Of a DNA stretch of 63,455 nucleotides, positions 1 through 8,786 are shown piece by piece (the first letter of the stretch is position 1; each line of letters opens with the position of its first letter). Source of the DNA: a virus (Duplodnaviria > Caudoviricetes); IMG/VR virus record IMGVR_UViG_3300024974_000006, positions 1-63,455 of that record. The stretch is one strand, 5' to 3'. Below the pieces are notes generated by a model. That model was not told the origin of the DNA. It did not search any database and saw only the letters and a program-made list of their open reading frames with translations. A program made the translations under genes and the position numbers.

Positions 1-15
1 TTATGCCGTTAAAGA
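1..15. repeat. Terminal overlap, copy 1 (circular assembly overlap)
   Basis: ttatgccgttaaaga at 1-15 is identical to 63441-63455. Confidence 0.95.
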
Positions 16-99
16 AAGCTCAGAAAATATGCGCTATATATCCTAATCACATCTTTGTTAAATGTAGTTGAAAAGATTAAATAAGGTGTATTGACAGCT

Positions 100-158
100 A
101 AGTAACTAATCCTTAGTTCTATTAGTTCTGACTAGAACTAAGGGTTCATTAATTACTA
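100..158 (+). promoter_or_regulatory. Long intergenic hairpin, RNase III-site-like
   Basis: ccttagttcta (111-121) pairs with tagaactaagg (133-143); outer stem agtaactaat/attaattact. Confidence 0.5.
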
Positions 159-217
159 ATAGACCTTTACTGTAATACCAGACTATTTAATAACAAGTTT
201 GGTTAGTAAAGGTCTAT
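159..217 (+). promoter_or_regulatory. Second long intergenic hairpin
   Basis: atagacctttact pairs with agtaaaggtctat, just upstream of the GGAG RBS for ORF 240. Confidence 0.5.
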
Positions 218-239
218 CATTAATTAATTGGAGAATGAT

Positions 240-362
240 ATGTTGAACTATATAAAAGTATTATTGATATTGGTATCATTTATATTGGTAACTTTTACCA
301 TATTAAATGTAGTATCTATTGATTACCGTGAAGGTCAGAGACTTTCTCAAGGACAGTATTGA
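240..362 (+). CDS. Small membrane protein, 40 aa (not in ORF track)
   Basis: GGAG RBS; MLNYIKVLLILVSFILVTFTILNVVSIDY..., one hydrophobic helix. Confidence 0.6.
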   Translation: MLNYIKVLLILVSFILVTFTILNVVSIDYREGQRLSQGQY

Positions 363-363
363 T

Positions 364-507
364 ATGAGTAAGCAGGAAGTTAACTTAATACCTTATTCCA
401 AAGTTATCTTGATGATAGTCTCTTCTATTCTCTTCTGTTCTTTAGCCTTTAAAGCTTTTGAAGTAATAGACTATTATCATCTTTCTCTTTTACACTGTGG
501 TGGATAA
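364..507 (+). CDS. Small membrane protein
   Basis: ATG at 364 follows the previous stop; hydrophobic segment VILMIVSSILFCSLAF. Confidence 0.55.
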   Translation: MSKQEVNLIPYSKVILMIVSSILFCSLAFKAFEVIDYYHLSLLHCGG

Positions 508-736
508 TATGGACTGCTGTACACTATTACTTTTCCTATCAATGGTAGCTATGTCTACCTTTACTTTAACCTTAGCCTTAGAGCTTAAGGCAGTCTCTAT
601 ATATGACAGTTTTAACTGGGCTACTCTTTTCCCAGTGGACTATGTCCCACCAAAGAGAAGAGACGCCACTACTATCAGATTACTCACACGCTCAAGATTT
701 GCGTACAATACATTTGACGCATTGATGATAGGATAA
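497..736 (+). CDS. Hypothetical membrane protein
   Basis: ORF in the early operon with an N-terminal hydrophobic stretch. Confidence 0.5.
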   Translation: MVDNMDCCTLLLFLSMVAMSTFTLTLALELKAVSIYDSFNWATLFPVDYVPPKRRDATTIRLLTRSRFAYNTFDALMIG

Positions 737-739
737 CTT

Positions 740-937
740 ATGAATACAAGAGATGAGGACGGTATACCAATTAAACCCGATCTATCTTCTATTAACAAAG
801 AAGAACTGATCAAGAGGTTGATACTAGCTGAAAGCTTAGTAACTCTCTATGAGGCTAAGTTAGATAAGTTAGAAGAACTTCAAAGAATAAGAGAGTTAAG
901 GCAAAGACCTACTGCCCTCTTAAAAGCTGTAAGTTAA
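740..937 (+). CDS. Hypothetical coiled-coil protein
   Basis: AGGA RBS; heptad-like L/E/K pattern. Confidence 0.6.
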   Translation: MNTRDEDGIPIKPDLSSINKEELIKRLILAESLVTLYEAKLDKLEELQRIRELRQRPTALLKAVS

Positions 938-1086
938 TCAGGTTAAAGTTATGATTAGAATAAGAGATCCTACTTAATATTTTTTTATAATCTAATTATC
1001 TTAATAGACACTCCAGGCATAAATATGAGAATAAGAGGCTCTACAATGAATCGAATATAATAGCTTTAACTTCTAAAAACCTAAAG

Positions 1087-1110
1087 CTTAGTAGAACTTA
1101 TTCTACTAAG
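1087..1110. terminator. Perfect 10-bp hairpin; candidate terminator of a - strand transcript
   Basis: cttagtagaa-ctta-ttctactaag, followed on the - strand by CTTTAGGTTTTT. Confidence 0.5.
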
Positions 1111-1205
1111 ATAAATCATCGATAGGTGTTTATAATAGTGATGATATTTGATTAATATTAATAATTAATTATATTCAATAGAGTATAATATAATATACTC
1201 TTACC

Positions 1206-1256
1206 CTCCCTCCTGGGACAAGTGTATTATATCATACTTTCCCTCATTTGTCAATA
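1206..1256 (-). promoter_or_regulatory. Antisense sigma70 promoter cassette, copy 1
   Basis: - strand TTGACA (1254-1249), 17 bp, TATAAT (1231-1226), with TG extension; 48/51 identical to 29221-29271. Confidence 0.85.
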
Positions 1257-1266
1257 GGCATAACTT

Positions 1267-1500
1267 ATGCACCCTCACAATTATCTATCATTTGAACATG
1301 CTACTCTTGTAGCCAATAAGATGACCAAACTCTATAAGGTCTACTTTACTGCTGTGCATTTAGACAATGGTATGTGGGTAGTTTCCTCTAAGTATGCTCC
1401 TAATAATCTAGCAGACCCACCAGTATTAGGATTTTCCCGAAAAGACTTAAGGGCTTTATACAGAGCAACTGCTGGGATGTTAGCTATTATCTATACTTGA
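1267..1500 (+). CDS. Hypothetical protein
   Basis: ORF in the early region. Confidence 0.55.
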   Translation: MHPHNYLSFEHATLVANKMTKLYKVYFTAVHLDNGMWVVSSKYAPNNLADPPVLGFSRKDLRALYRATAGMLAIIYT

Positions 1501-1730
1501 ATATAGGCTCAAATATGCGCCAGATTGTACGATTAGAGAAAACCCCTACAGTCATGTGGGTATCAAACACTTTGCCCCTAGAAAGGCACTGTATGGCTTT
1601 TATTTCATCCTTATTAATCAATGGGGATAAAGCATGGGCTATAGCTGAGAACAGAAAGATTTACCGTTACTTTGAGAAAGTAGAGCCTTCTCATATAAAC
1701 GAATTTAATAAGGGGTTGTATGGTGGATAA
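1497..1730 (+). CDS. Hypothetical protein
   Basis: Overlaps the previous stop codon. Confidence 0.5.
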   Translation: MNIGSNMRQIVRLEKTPTVMWVSNTLPLERHCMAFISSLLINGDKAWAIAENRKIYRYFEKVEPSHINEFNKGLYGG

Positions 1731-1895
1731 GTTTTTAATTATATTTTATATCATGGGTATACTACCTTGGGGTATTATATTTAGAAAGATTGGATTAACA
1801 GCTCAATTAATAGGGTTATTAGTTCAAGCGATAGGACTAATAGGAGTAGTTTATTTTAATTAACAATACGAAACAATTAATTAAGAGGATAGAAA

Positions 1896-2357
1896 ATGGT
1901 TGTAGCATTATTAATTTATTTAGCAGATGTAATAGGATCACTGAAAGCTCTTTTATCAGGGGTTATTCTTATATCATTTATAGCCCTTGCTGTACTAGGC
2001 TTATACTATTTTCTTACAGAAAACTCTGGGTATTTATCTGACGAAGAAAGTATTAACTTAGCAGCCTGCAAAAAATGGATCTCGAATGTAGCTATAGTTA
2101 TAATGGTGGCTGCGGGTTTAAGTGTCATTATCCCATCTAAGAACACATTCTATCTAATGATAGGTGGATATGTAGCCCAATCAGCTTACACAGAAATCAA
2201 GACAAGTCCGCTGACTGATAAGATCAATAAAATCATTCAACTTCGTCTTGACAGTGAATTAAATAACATGCTAAAGGAAGAAGCCGATGTAACTAAAGAG
2301 GAAGGTCTACAAGTGGAAAACAATAGCTCCAAAGAAGGTAATAATAAAAATGAATAA
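1896..2357 (+). CDS. Membrane protein
   Basis: GAGG RBS; several hydrophobic helices; IPSKNTFYLM motif typical of phage membrane proteins. Confidence 0.75.
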   Translation: MVVALLIYLADVIGSLKALLSGVILISFIALAVLGLYYFLTENSGYLSDEESINLAACKKWISNVAIVIMVAAGLSVIIPSKNTFYLMIGGYVAQSAYTEIKTSPLTDKINKIIQLRLDSELNNMLKEEADVTKEEGLQVENNSSKEGNNKNE

Positions 2358-2586
2358 AGTTTTACATATAAATAAACACACCAAAACTATCTACATAGAA
2401 AAAGATGGAAAGGCTAATCACTATACTTGCAATAACCTTAATGTTCTTAACAGGGTTTTTACAAATGATATTGTAAAAGCAAATGGTAGACCCTTCATCA
2501 ATGAACCGAAGAGATATAATAAAGATACTCATATCCCAGTTATGATAGCTAATAATAATTGGGTATTGAGAGACCTTCCCAACTAA
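2350..2586 (+). CDS. Hypothetical protein
   Basis: Coupled to the upstream ORF. Confidence 0.6.
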   Translation: MNKVLHINKHTKTIYIEKDGKANHYTCNNLNVLNRVFTNDIVKANGRPFINEPKRYNKDTHIPVMIANNNWVLRDLPN

Positions 2587-2603
2587 ATAATCACAAGGCC
2601 ACC

Positions 2604-3035
2604 ATGAAACAACCTGTAGACTTTCCATTACCCATCTTTGTAGCAGTTTATGGCTCATTAAAGAAAGGCTTTGGGAATCATCGACTACTATCAGACTCCA
2701 CCTTAATCGGTAGAGGTTCTACTGATACTACTTATGACATGATAAGCTTAGGAGGATTCCCTGGTTTAGTTGAGGGAAATAACCATATTCAAGTAGAAGT
2801 GTATGAAGTAACAGAAGATAAGCTCCTACATTCCCTTGATCGATTGGAAGGTTATCCATCTTTCTATAATCGAGAGCTGATTGATATATCGCTGGACAAT
2901 GGAAGTAAATGTACAGCATGGATATACCATTTGAAGAATAAACAAGGATATACTGGTGGAAGGTATACATCAGTAAATAGCTTTGATATAAAAAGTAGAC
3001 AAGTTTGGGTTAATCCAAACTATTCGATTAATTAA
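2604..3035 (+). CDS. Gamma-glutamyl cyclotransferase (AIG2/YtfP-like)
   Basis: VAVYGSLKKGFGNH and LDRLEGYP motifs; start placed at ATG 2604. Confidence 0.9.
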   Translation: MKQPVDFPLPIFVAVYGSLKKGFGNHRLLSDSTLIGRGSTDTTYDMISLGGFPGLVEGNNHIQVEVYEVTEDKLLHSLDRLEGYPSFYNRELIDISLDNGSKCTAWIYHLKNKQGYTGGRYTSVNSFDIKSRQVWVNPNYSIN

Positions 3036-3045
3036 TAGGAGAAAT

Positions 3046-3891
3046 ATGAGAACACTATTTGTCCATAAAAGAAAATTTAAGAATGGAGATAAAAGGGATG
3101 GTTTAAGTGGTCTATGCTCTACAGCTCTTGCAGTAAAGCTTGAATTACCAATCTTCACTCCAAAGATACGCCCAGTCAAGGATAAATCATTTATTATTAT
3201 CAATTGGGGCCTAACTAAAATCCCTTGGTTATCTAACAACACTGGATCAAAGGTAATAAATCATCCAGACAGTATTAGAAATGCAGTTGATAAGAAGATT
3301 GCGTTCAGAATGATGAATGGAAAAGTTAATATTCCAGATTGGACTACTGATAGGAAAGTAGCTGAGAGTTGGTTTGATAAGGATGGCAAGGCAGTTGTAT
3401 TTTGTAGAACACTTTCTAAATCGTACCAAGGGAAAGGTATTGTAATAGCTACCTCCAAGGAAGAACTAGTCCAAGCCCCTTTATACACTCTTAGAGTACC
3501 TAAAAAATACGAATATAGAGTACACATCGTTAACAATAAACCTGTTCATATCCAGCAAAAGAAGAGGCTTTCAAAAGAAAAGTTAGAAGAAAGAGGTTTA
3601 AGTTTAGAGAGTAACGGGCTAGTTAGATGTTGGAATAATGGATACATCTACAGCACTAACATAGTCCTACCTGAGAAAGAAGATATTCTGAACTCTATTA
3701 TAGAACAATCAAAGAAAGCAATTGAAGCTTTAGATCTTAATTTTGGGGCTGTAGATGTGATTGCTAGTAACAAAGGCAGAATTACTGTGCTAGAAGTTAA
3801 TACAGCTCCAGGAATAGAAAACTCTACTATAGACAGATATGCTTCTGCATTTGCAGAACTGATTAAAGAGGTTGAGAATGAAGAAAAGTGA
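3046..3891 (+). CDS. ATP-grasp peptide ligase (RimK-like, phiEco32-type)
   Basis: IINWG, EYRVHI, DLNFGAVDVI and VLEVNTAPG motifs. Confidence 0.9.
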   Translation: MRTLFVHKRKFKNGDKRDGLSGLCSTALAVKLELPIFTPKIRPVKDKSFIIINWGLTKIPWLSNNTGSKVINHPDSIRNAVDKKIAFRMMNGKVNIPDWTTDRKVAESWFDKDGKAVVFCRTLSKSYQGKGIVIATSKEELVQAPLYTLRVPKKYEYRVHIVNNKPVHIQQKKRLSKEKLEERGLSLESNGLVRCWNNGYIYSTNIVLPEKEDILNSIIEQSKKAIEALDLNFGAVDVIASNKGRITVLEVNTAPGIENSTIDRYASAFAELIKEVENEEK

Positions 3892-4231
3892 GGTAGTAAA
3901 TATAGTTACTCTTATGGGTAAAGATACAAATTATTACAAAATAAAACAATCTCATATAGGAAGAGATAAACCAAGAAGCCATCCTTTATTAAATACTTAT
4001 ATTTTCACGAAAAAGGAGAGTATACTAGGTTTAAAAAAAGGAGATATACTACGATGCGATGGATACCCTTTTATGTCACGCCCTAAAAAACTTAGAGTTT
4101 TTAGGCATCCAAACACTGAACATAGAAACGGTGTTTCTCATAAACACTGGATTAACACTTATATACCTATAAAAATCGGTCAGTTAGGTACTACCGCTTT
4201 CTGGGCATTAAGAGAGGAACAACATGGATAA
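3872..4231 (+). CDS. Hypothetical protein
   Basis: ORF inside the ligase cluster; LKKGDIL..G.PF motif. Confidence 0.6.
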   Translation: MRMKKSEVVNIVTLMGKDTNYYKIKQSHIGRDKPRSHPLLNTYIFTKKESILGLKKGDILRCDGYPFMSRPKKLRVFRHPNTEHRNGVSHKHWINTYIPIKIGQLGTTAFWALREEQHG

Positions 4232-4556
4232 AAGATTAAATAACCCAAGAGTAACTGGTACGAGAAGGCACCCTATTCAGAGAGAAAAAACAGAAATATC
4301 ATTTATGGTTGTTAATGAGACTAATGAGGTGATTCATAGAGTCTCACCAAATCCGTTAGCTATGTCTCATTATGCAACCCCTCTAAGAGTTGGAGACATT
4401 ATCGCGACGTCAGGTGCGCCTTTTATACAAGAACAAGCACCTATTATCATTAACGATAATATAGTTTATAGGCCAGTAAGATTAACATCGACTAACTCAC
4501 CCACACAAAGATTTGCATTAAGGTTTGTAAATTTTGTAACGAATTCAACCAATTGA
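4224..4556 (+). CDS. Hypothetical protein
   Basis: GAGG RBS; LRVGDII..G.PF motif. Confidence 0.6.
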   Translation: MDKRLNNPRVTGTRRHPIQREKTEISFMVVNETNEVIHRVSPNPLAMSHYATPLRVGDIIATSGAPFIQEQAPIIINDNIVYRPVRLTSTNSPTQRFALRFVNFVTNSTN

Positions 4557-4563
4557 GGTCGAT

Positions 4564-5382
4564 ATGAATAAGTACTTTTTAATAGGGTCTGATCCAGAAG
4601 CATTCGTTAGAAACTCTAATGGTGAATTGGTATCAGCTATTGGGGTAGTACCCGGAACAAAACACGAACCATTCAATACAAAGAATGGTAGTGTACAGCA
4701 TGATAACATCTTAGCTGAATTTAATTCACGCCCATCTTCTTCATTAGAAGAGTTTATAGAGAATCATAAACTGATTATTCATGACCTCCAGTCAATATTA
4801 ACTCCATTAGACTTGCATTTGGATTTTATTGCATCTGCTTTAGCATCTGACGAACTACTATCAGATCCGATTAGTAGAGTAGCAGGATGTGACCCTGATT
4901 TTAATGCTTGGTTGCTTTGTCAGAACCCACCAGCAAATTATAATATAACTAATGTTAGAGCAGCTGGTGGACATTTACACTTATCATTTGATCAAGCAGA
5001 AGAAGATTTTGATCATGCTAATCGTTTGAAGTTCGTTAAAGCTATGGATTTTAATGTTGGAGTTGCCTCTGTAATATTCGATGAGGATCAACAAAGAAGA
5101 AAATACTATGGTCAAGCTGGTTCTTTTAGACCAAAAGATAAAAGTATCGGAGATCCTTATAATGGTGTAGAATATCGCACACTCTCTAACTTCTGGTTAA
5201 GATCAGAAGAGATGATGAAATGGGTATATGAGAGAGCTAAGATGGTCTATCATGACTTGGATTATATATCCTCTATAGCTGAGAGTGTTGGTGGAGAGAT
5301 CCAGCAGATCATTAATACTGGAGATAAAGATAAAGCTGAAAAGTTTTGTTATAGGATGGAGATAAATTATGACTTCGGTTGA
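4564..5382 (+). CDS. phiEco32-like COOH-NH2 ligase type 2
   Basis: IGSDPEAF, QHDNILAEFN, GCDPDFNAW, RAAGGHLH, RRKYYG.AG.FR and GVEYRTLSNFW motifs. Confidence 0.92.
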   Translation: MNKYFLIGSDPEAFVRNSNGELVSAIGVVPGTKHEPFNTKNGSVQHDNILAEFNSRPSSSLEEFIENHKLIIHDLQSILTPLDLHLDFIASALASDELLSDPISRVAGCDPDFNAWLLCQNPPANYNITNVRAAGGHLHLSFDQAEEDFDHANRLKFVKAMDFNVGVASVIFDEDQQRRKYYGQAGSFRPKDKSIGDPYNGVEYRTLSNFWLRSEEMMKWVYERAKMVYHDLDYISSIAESVGGEIQQIINTGDKDKAEKFCYRMEINYDFG

Positions 5383-6097
5383 TAGAAAATCTATCTTACA
5401 TAATACCGAACACTATATAGACGAACCCCAAGATTATGCAGTTCGTTACTCTGAGTGCTATGGCATCTATAAAGATAATGTAATAAGAGCTCATGATTTT
5501 GGTATATCGGATAGTGGGGTTTATTGTAGAATTAGAAAAATAGTTAAAAATCAAGATAATATTAATTCATTCTTAAGTGATGCTTCACATATTAAAGTTG
5601 AAGATGTAGGACTTCAATTCCCAATCCCTACTCTAGGTTTTATCAATCTTGGGACTTATGCTATCTTTCTTCAAAGAACACATCTTAAGAGAGGGAATGG
5701 TAGGTATAGAAGAGGTTTTAGGCCGGACACAATATCAGGGTTTAATCCTTTTACAAAAGAACTTAGAGCCATTGGTGAGTACGACATATTAGATGGTGAA
5801 AGAGAAAACTATATGTCAGATGAAGTGTTTATGAGAATAGCTCCTAATTTATTCTTTCCAGAGCCATTCTTATCTTTTGAGGAGGCTTTGAATGAAGTAA
5901 CATCATTTAATCGACTTGGGATAGCCTTTACTCCATCTTTAGCTATTAAGATAGATCTATTATCTAATAGGATAGTCTTATTGAAAAATTGTTGGATTAT
6001 AGGTGACTACGATTTCAAAACAAATGTATTTAATATGCGAGTAGATACATTTAATTCAGAACTGGGTCGATTAAAAGTCCCATTTAAAGAGGTTTAA
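5369..6097 (+). CDS. Hypothetical protein of the amidoligase cluster
   Basis: Lies between the two ligases; LGFIN and R.YRRG motifs. Confidence 0.7.
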   Translation: MTSVDRKSILHNTEHYIDEPQDYAVRYSECYGIYKDNVIRAHDFGISDSGVYCRIRKIVKNQDNINSFLSDASHIKVEDVGLQFPIPTLGFINLGTYAIFLQRTHLKRGNGRYRRGFRPDTISGFNPFTKELRAIGEYDILDGERENYMSDEVFMRIAPNLFFPEPFLSFEEALNEVTSFNRLGIAFTPSLAIKIDLLSNRIVLLKNCWIIGDYDFKTNVFNMRVDTFNSELGRLKVPFKEV

Positions 6098-6098
6098 T

Positions 6099-7496
6099 AT
6101 GTCAAACATAGCAGAAGCTTTCGGATATAAATCTGATGATAAGCTATACAGAACTACTTCTGAGCTAGTGACCTCTGATCATGGGATAGGGGTTGAGGTT
6201 GAGATAGAAAATGTGATTTACGATTGGCAAAGAGATGCTCCAGATATTCCTAAAGCAGTGTACTTTAGGCATAGTAATCAAAACGAGCTTCCTAATTTAT
6301 CCAAATATTGGAATATCGTAAAAGACGGATCATTAAGAAAAGGTGTTGAGTTTATCTTTAGGGAAGCTTATAAAGGGGCTAATATTACAGAAGCTTTAGC
6401 AACAATGAATAGCTTCCTAAGCATCTACAGACATAATGGATTACCACCAATAGCATCAGATAGATGCTCAATCCATGTACATTTAGATGCTAGAGACATG
6501 GATGAATATCAGCTGAATAATATTTTATTAATTTATATTTTGATTGAACGAATTCTATTTAAACATGTTAATCCGTTAAGAGTAAAGAATAATTATTGCC
6601 GACCATTATCTGACTCAGCATTCATATATGTACTGAATGATTTAAAAAGAGTAGCTTTATCAAAGCAGATTTCTGATCTTCCAAACATTATCTCAAACTC
6701 TTGTGATAAGTATTCAGCATTAAACATAAGACCTTTAATTAAATATGGGTCTATTGAGTTTAGACACCATCAAGGGACTACTGATATGTCCCAAGTAAAG
6801 GACTGGATTAATATAATCCTTACTCTAAAATGTCTAGCTATGTCTACAGACATTAAAGATATTTTAGCAATTTATGAGAAGAAGCCAATTAGAGTATTAA
6901 CTGATTTATTTGGTCAAACTGTTCTTGCTGAGCCTACTTTTATAGATAGTTTTGAATGGGAATTGGAACTAGCAAGAGGTTATAATGATGTTAAAGAGAT
7001 ATTTGATTTTGATAACCTTGATAAAGCCTCGAAATTAAAGTACTCTAAAAAGAAGACGAATGAAAAAACTTTAATTGCTAGATACATTGAAAAGAATAAT
7101 ATAACAGTACCTGAAGTTAATAAGTCAACTAAACAAAGTCCTACAGAAGAAATTAATAATGAGCCTAGCACTACTATTGATGCACAAGGAGATGCCTCTG
7201 TAAGAATTAGAATGATGAGTGTTGCGGATAGATCAACACCTTCTGACTACAGCCAATTTTCTGGTAGAGCAACTGGGTTACGTCCTACTCTTACAGACAA
7301 TCTATCTTGGGACTCTATGCCCCCAGGGATGGAAGCTTTGTTGAGGGTTTCTACAAATACGACTGAAACTTCTGAAGAAGTACCAAGGATAGTTAACTTA
7401 AGTTCTTATCAGATTGGCGTCTTATCGCCACGAATTCAAGAACAAATTTATTTACTAAGAACTTTATTCAATCAACCAAGACCCCAGGAACAATAA
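6099..7496 (+). CDS. Putative amidoligase (COOH-NH2 ligase fold) with a low-complexity C-terminal tail
   Basis: GIGVEVEIE, KDGSLR.GVEF, RCSIHVHLD, KYSALN and GSIEFRH motifs. Confidence 0.9.
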   Translation: MSNIAEAFGYKSDDKLYRTTSELVTSDHGIGVEVEIENVIYDWQRDAPDIPKAVYFRHSNQNELPNLSKYWNIVKDGSLRKGVEFIFREAYKGANITEALATMNSFLSIYRHNGLPPIASDRCSIHVHLDARDMDEYQLNNILLIYILIERILFKHVNPLRVKNNYCRPLSDSAFIYVLNDLKRVALSKQISDLPNIISNSCDKYSALNIRPLIKYGSIEFRHHQGTTDMSQVKDWINIILTLKCLAMSTDIKDILAIYEKKPIRVLTDLFGQTVLAEPTFIDSFEWELELARGYNDVKEIFDFDNLDKASKLKYSKKKTNEKTLIARYIEKNNITVPEVNKSTKQSPTEEINNEPSTTIDAQGDASVRIRMMSVADRSTPSDYSQFSGRATGLRPTLTDNLSWDSMPPGMEALLRVSTNTTETSEEVPRIVNLSSYQIGVLSPRIQEQIYLLRTLFNQPRPQEQ

Positions 7497-7497
7497 G

Positions 7498-8721
7498 ATG
7501 TGTGGACATGTAGGATTTGTAAATCGTGGTAATGGATATTTAGCAGACTATGATACTTGGTTTAAACAAGCTTTATATTGTGGGGCTTTGAGAGGAGTGC
7601 ATGGGACCGGCATAGTTGGAGTATCTTCACTAAACCAGATGTCAATGTATAAAAGGGCATTAGCTGCTTCTGACTTTCTAGAACTAGCGGCTACTAAAAA
7701 GATTATTACTGGAACTAATAAAGCTTTGCTAGGTCATAATAGATATGCTACACAAGGCGGCGTATCTTGTGAGAACTCTCATCCATTTAAAGTCGAGCAT
7801 ATTACCCTTCTCCATAATGGTACTTTAACTTCTCATAGATCATTAGCAGGAGGCAATACATTCACTGTTGATAGCGAAGCATTAGCGGCTCATTTGGCTG
7901 TGAGTGAAACATACAAAGAAGCATTAGAGGAAGTTGATGGAGCGTATGCTTTAGTTTGGCATAACGCTAACAATGACACAATTAACTTTGCTAGGAATGA
8001 TGATAGAGCATTATACCTAGGGTTTCACTATGGTAAAGATGGAGATATTAAAACTGGACAGACTATCTTCTATGCCAGTGAAAAAGGTATGTTAGAATGG
8101 TTGTGTGCAAGAAATAATATTAAATTAGAAAGAGTGGCTCTTTTAAAACCAGGAGTTGTATTAACAGTACCATTAGATATAAAAGAGGAAATATCTGATT
8201 CTACATTTACTCCAAAGGAACCAAAAGCTTATGACTACTATCAGACTGGTGGTTATTATGGTAGAGGGGGCACAAATGGAAAAAAGCCAGAAAGCGAGCA
8301 ATCGTCTCCAAGAACAAACATAGTAAAAAGAAATAACTCTTATCCAACATTAAAAAAGTATTCATATTTATTAGGAGTAAAATCTCTTCAATTAAAAATA
8401 ACAGCATTTAAACCATATCAAGCATCAGGCGGCTATGGAGTGCTTTGTGGAATCTATAATAATGATCTTGAAATTCAAATTGGTGGACAGACTAAACAAG
8501 ATATGGATTCTTATTTAGGTAAGATGGTAAAGGTGACCCTTACATCAATGCACTCTGATGAGGTAGCATCAGGAAGGATACTAGGGCTAGCAGACGAGCT
8601 ACCAGATGATAATGAAGAAGATTATGAGGATTATGGTGGTGGTACTGTAGTACAATTTGAAAAAAAAAAGTCTACTGCTCTAATTGTGACGAAGAGGTTA
8701 TTTCAGAGAAACCATTTATAG
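7498..8721 (+). CDS. Class II (Ntn) glutamine amidotransferase; probably extends to 8783 through a -1 shift
   Basis: N-terminal MCG nucleophile; RG.HGTG, GHNRYAT, HNGTL and VDSE motifs. Confidence 0.92.
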   Translation: MCGHVGFVNRGNGYLADYDTWFKQALYCGALRGVHGTGIVGVSSLNQMSMYKRALAASDFLELAATKKIITGTNKALLGHNRYATQGGVSCENSHPFKVEHITLLHNGTLTSHRSLAGGNTFTVDSEALAAHLAVSETYKEALEEVDGAYALVWHNANNDTINFARNDDRALYLGFHYGKDGDIKTGQTIFYASEKGMLEWLCARNNIKLERVALLKPGVVLTVPLDIKEEISDSTFTPKEPKAYDYYQTGGYYGRGGTNGKKPESEQSSPRTNIVKRNNSYPTLKKYSYLLGVKSLQLKITAFKPYQASGGYGVLCGIYNNDLEIQIGGQTKQDMDSYLGKMVKVTLTSMHSDEVASGRILGLADELPDDNEEDYEDYGGGTVVQFEKKKSTALIVTKRLFQRNHL

Positions 8722-8783
8722 CAATTGATAATAAACCTTATTGCAACTATTGCGTTGCCTCATTTCCAGAGAGTATATATTAA
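8661..8783 (+). other. -1 frame extension encoding a CxxC...CxxC zinc finger
   Basis: KKKVYCSNCDEEVISEKPFIAIDNKPYCNYCVASFPESIY*; no start codon of its own; ends 3 nt before the next ATG. Confidence 0.75.
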
Positions 8784-8786
8784 ATT

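Noticed and set aside
884-1037. AGAATAAGAG three times at ~72-bp spacing (884, 957, 1028)
   Set aside because: Only 10 bp and purine-rich in an AT-rich genome, with one copy inside a CDS; could be chance
2362-3536. Several - strand ORFs opposite the GGCT and ATP-grasp genes (and similar shadow ORFs elsewhere)
   Set aside because: They overlap well-supported genes on the other strand and have no RBS or motifs
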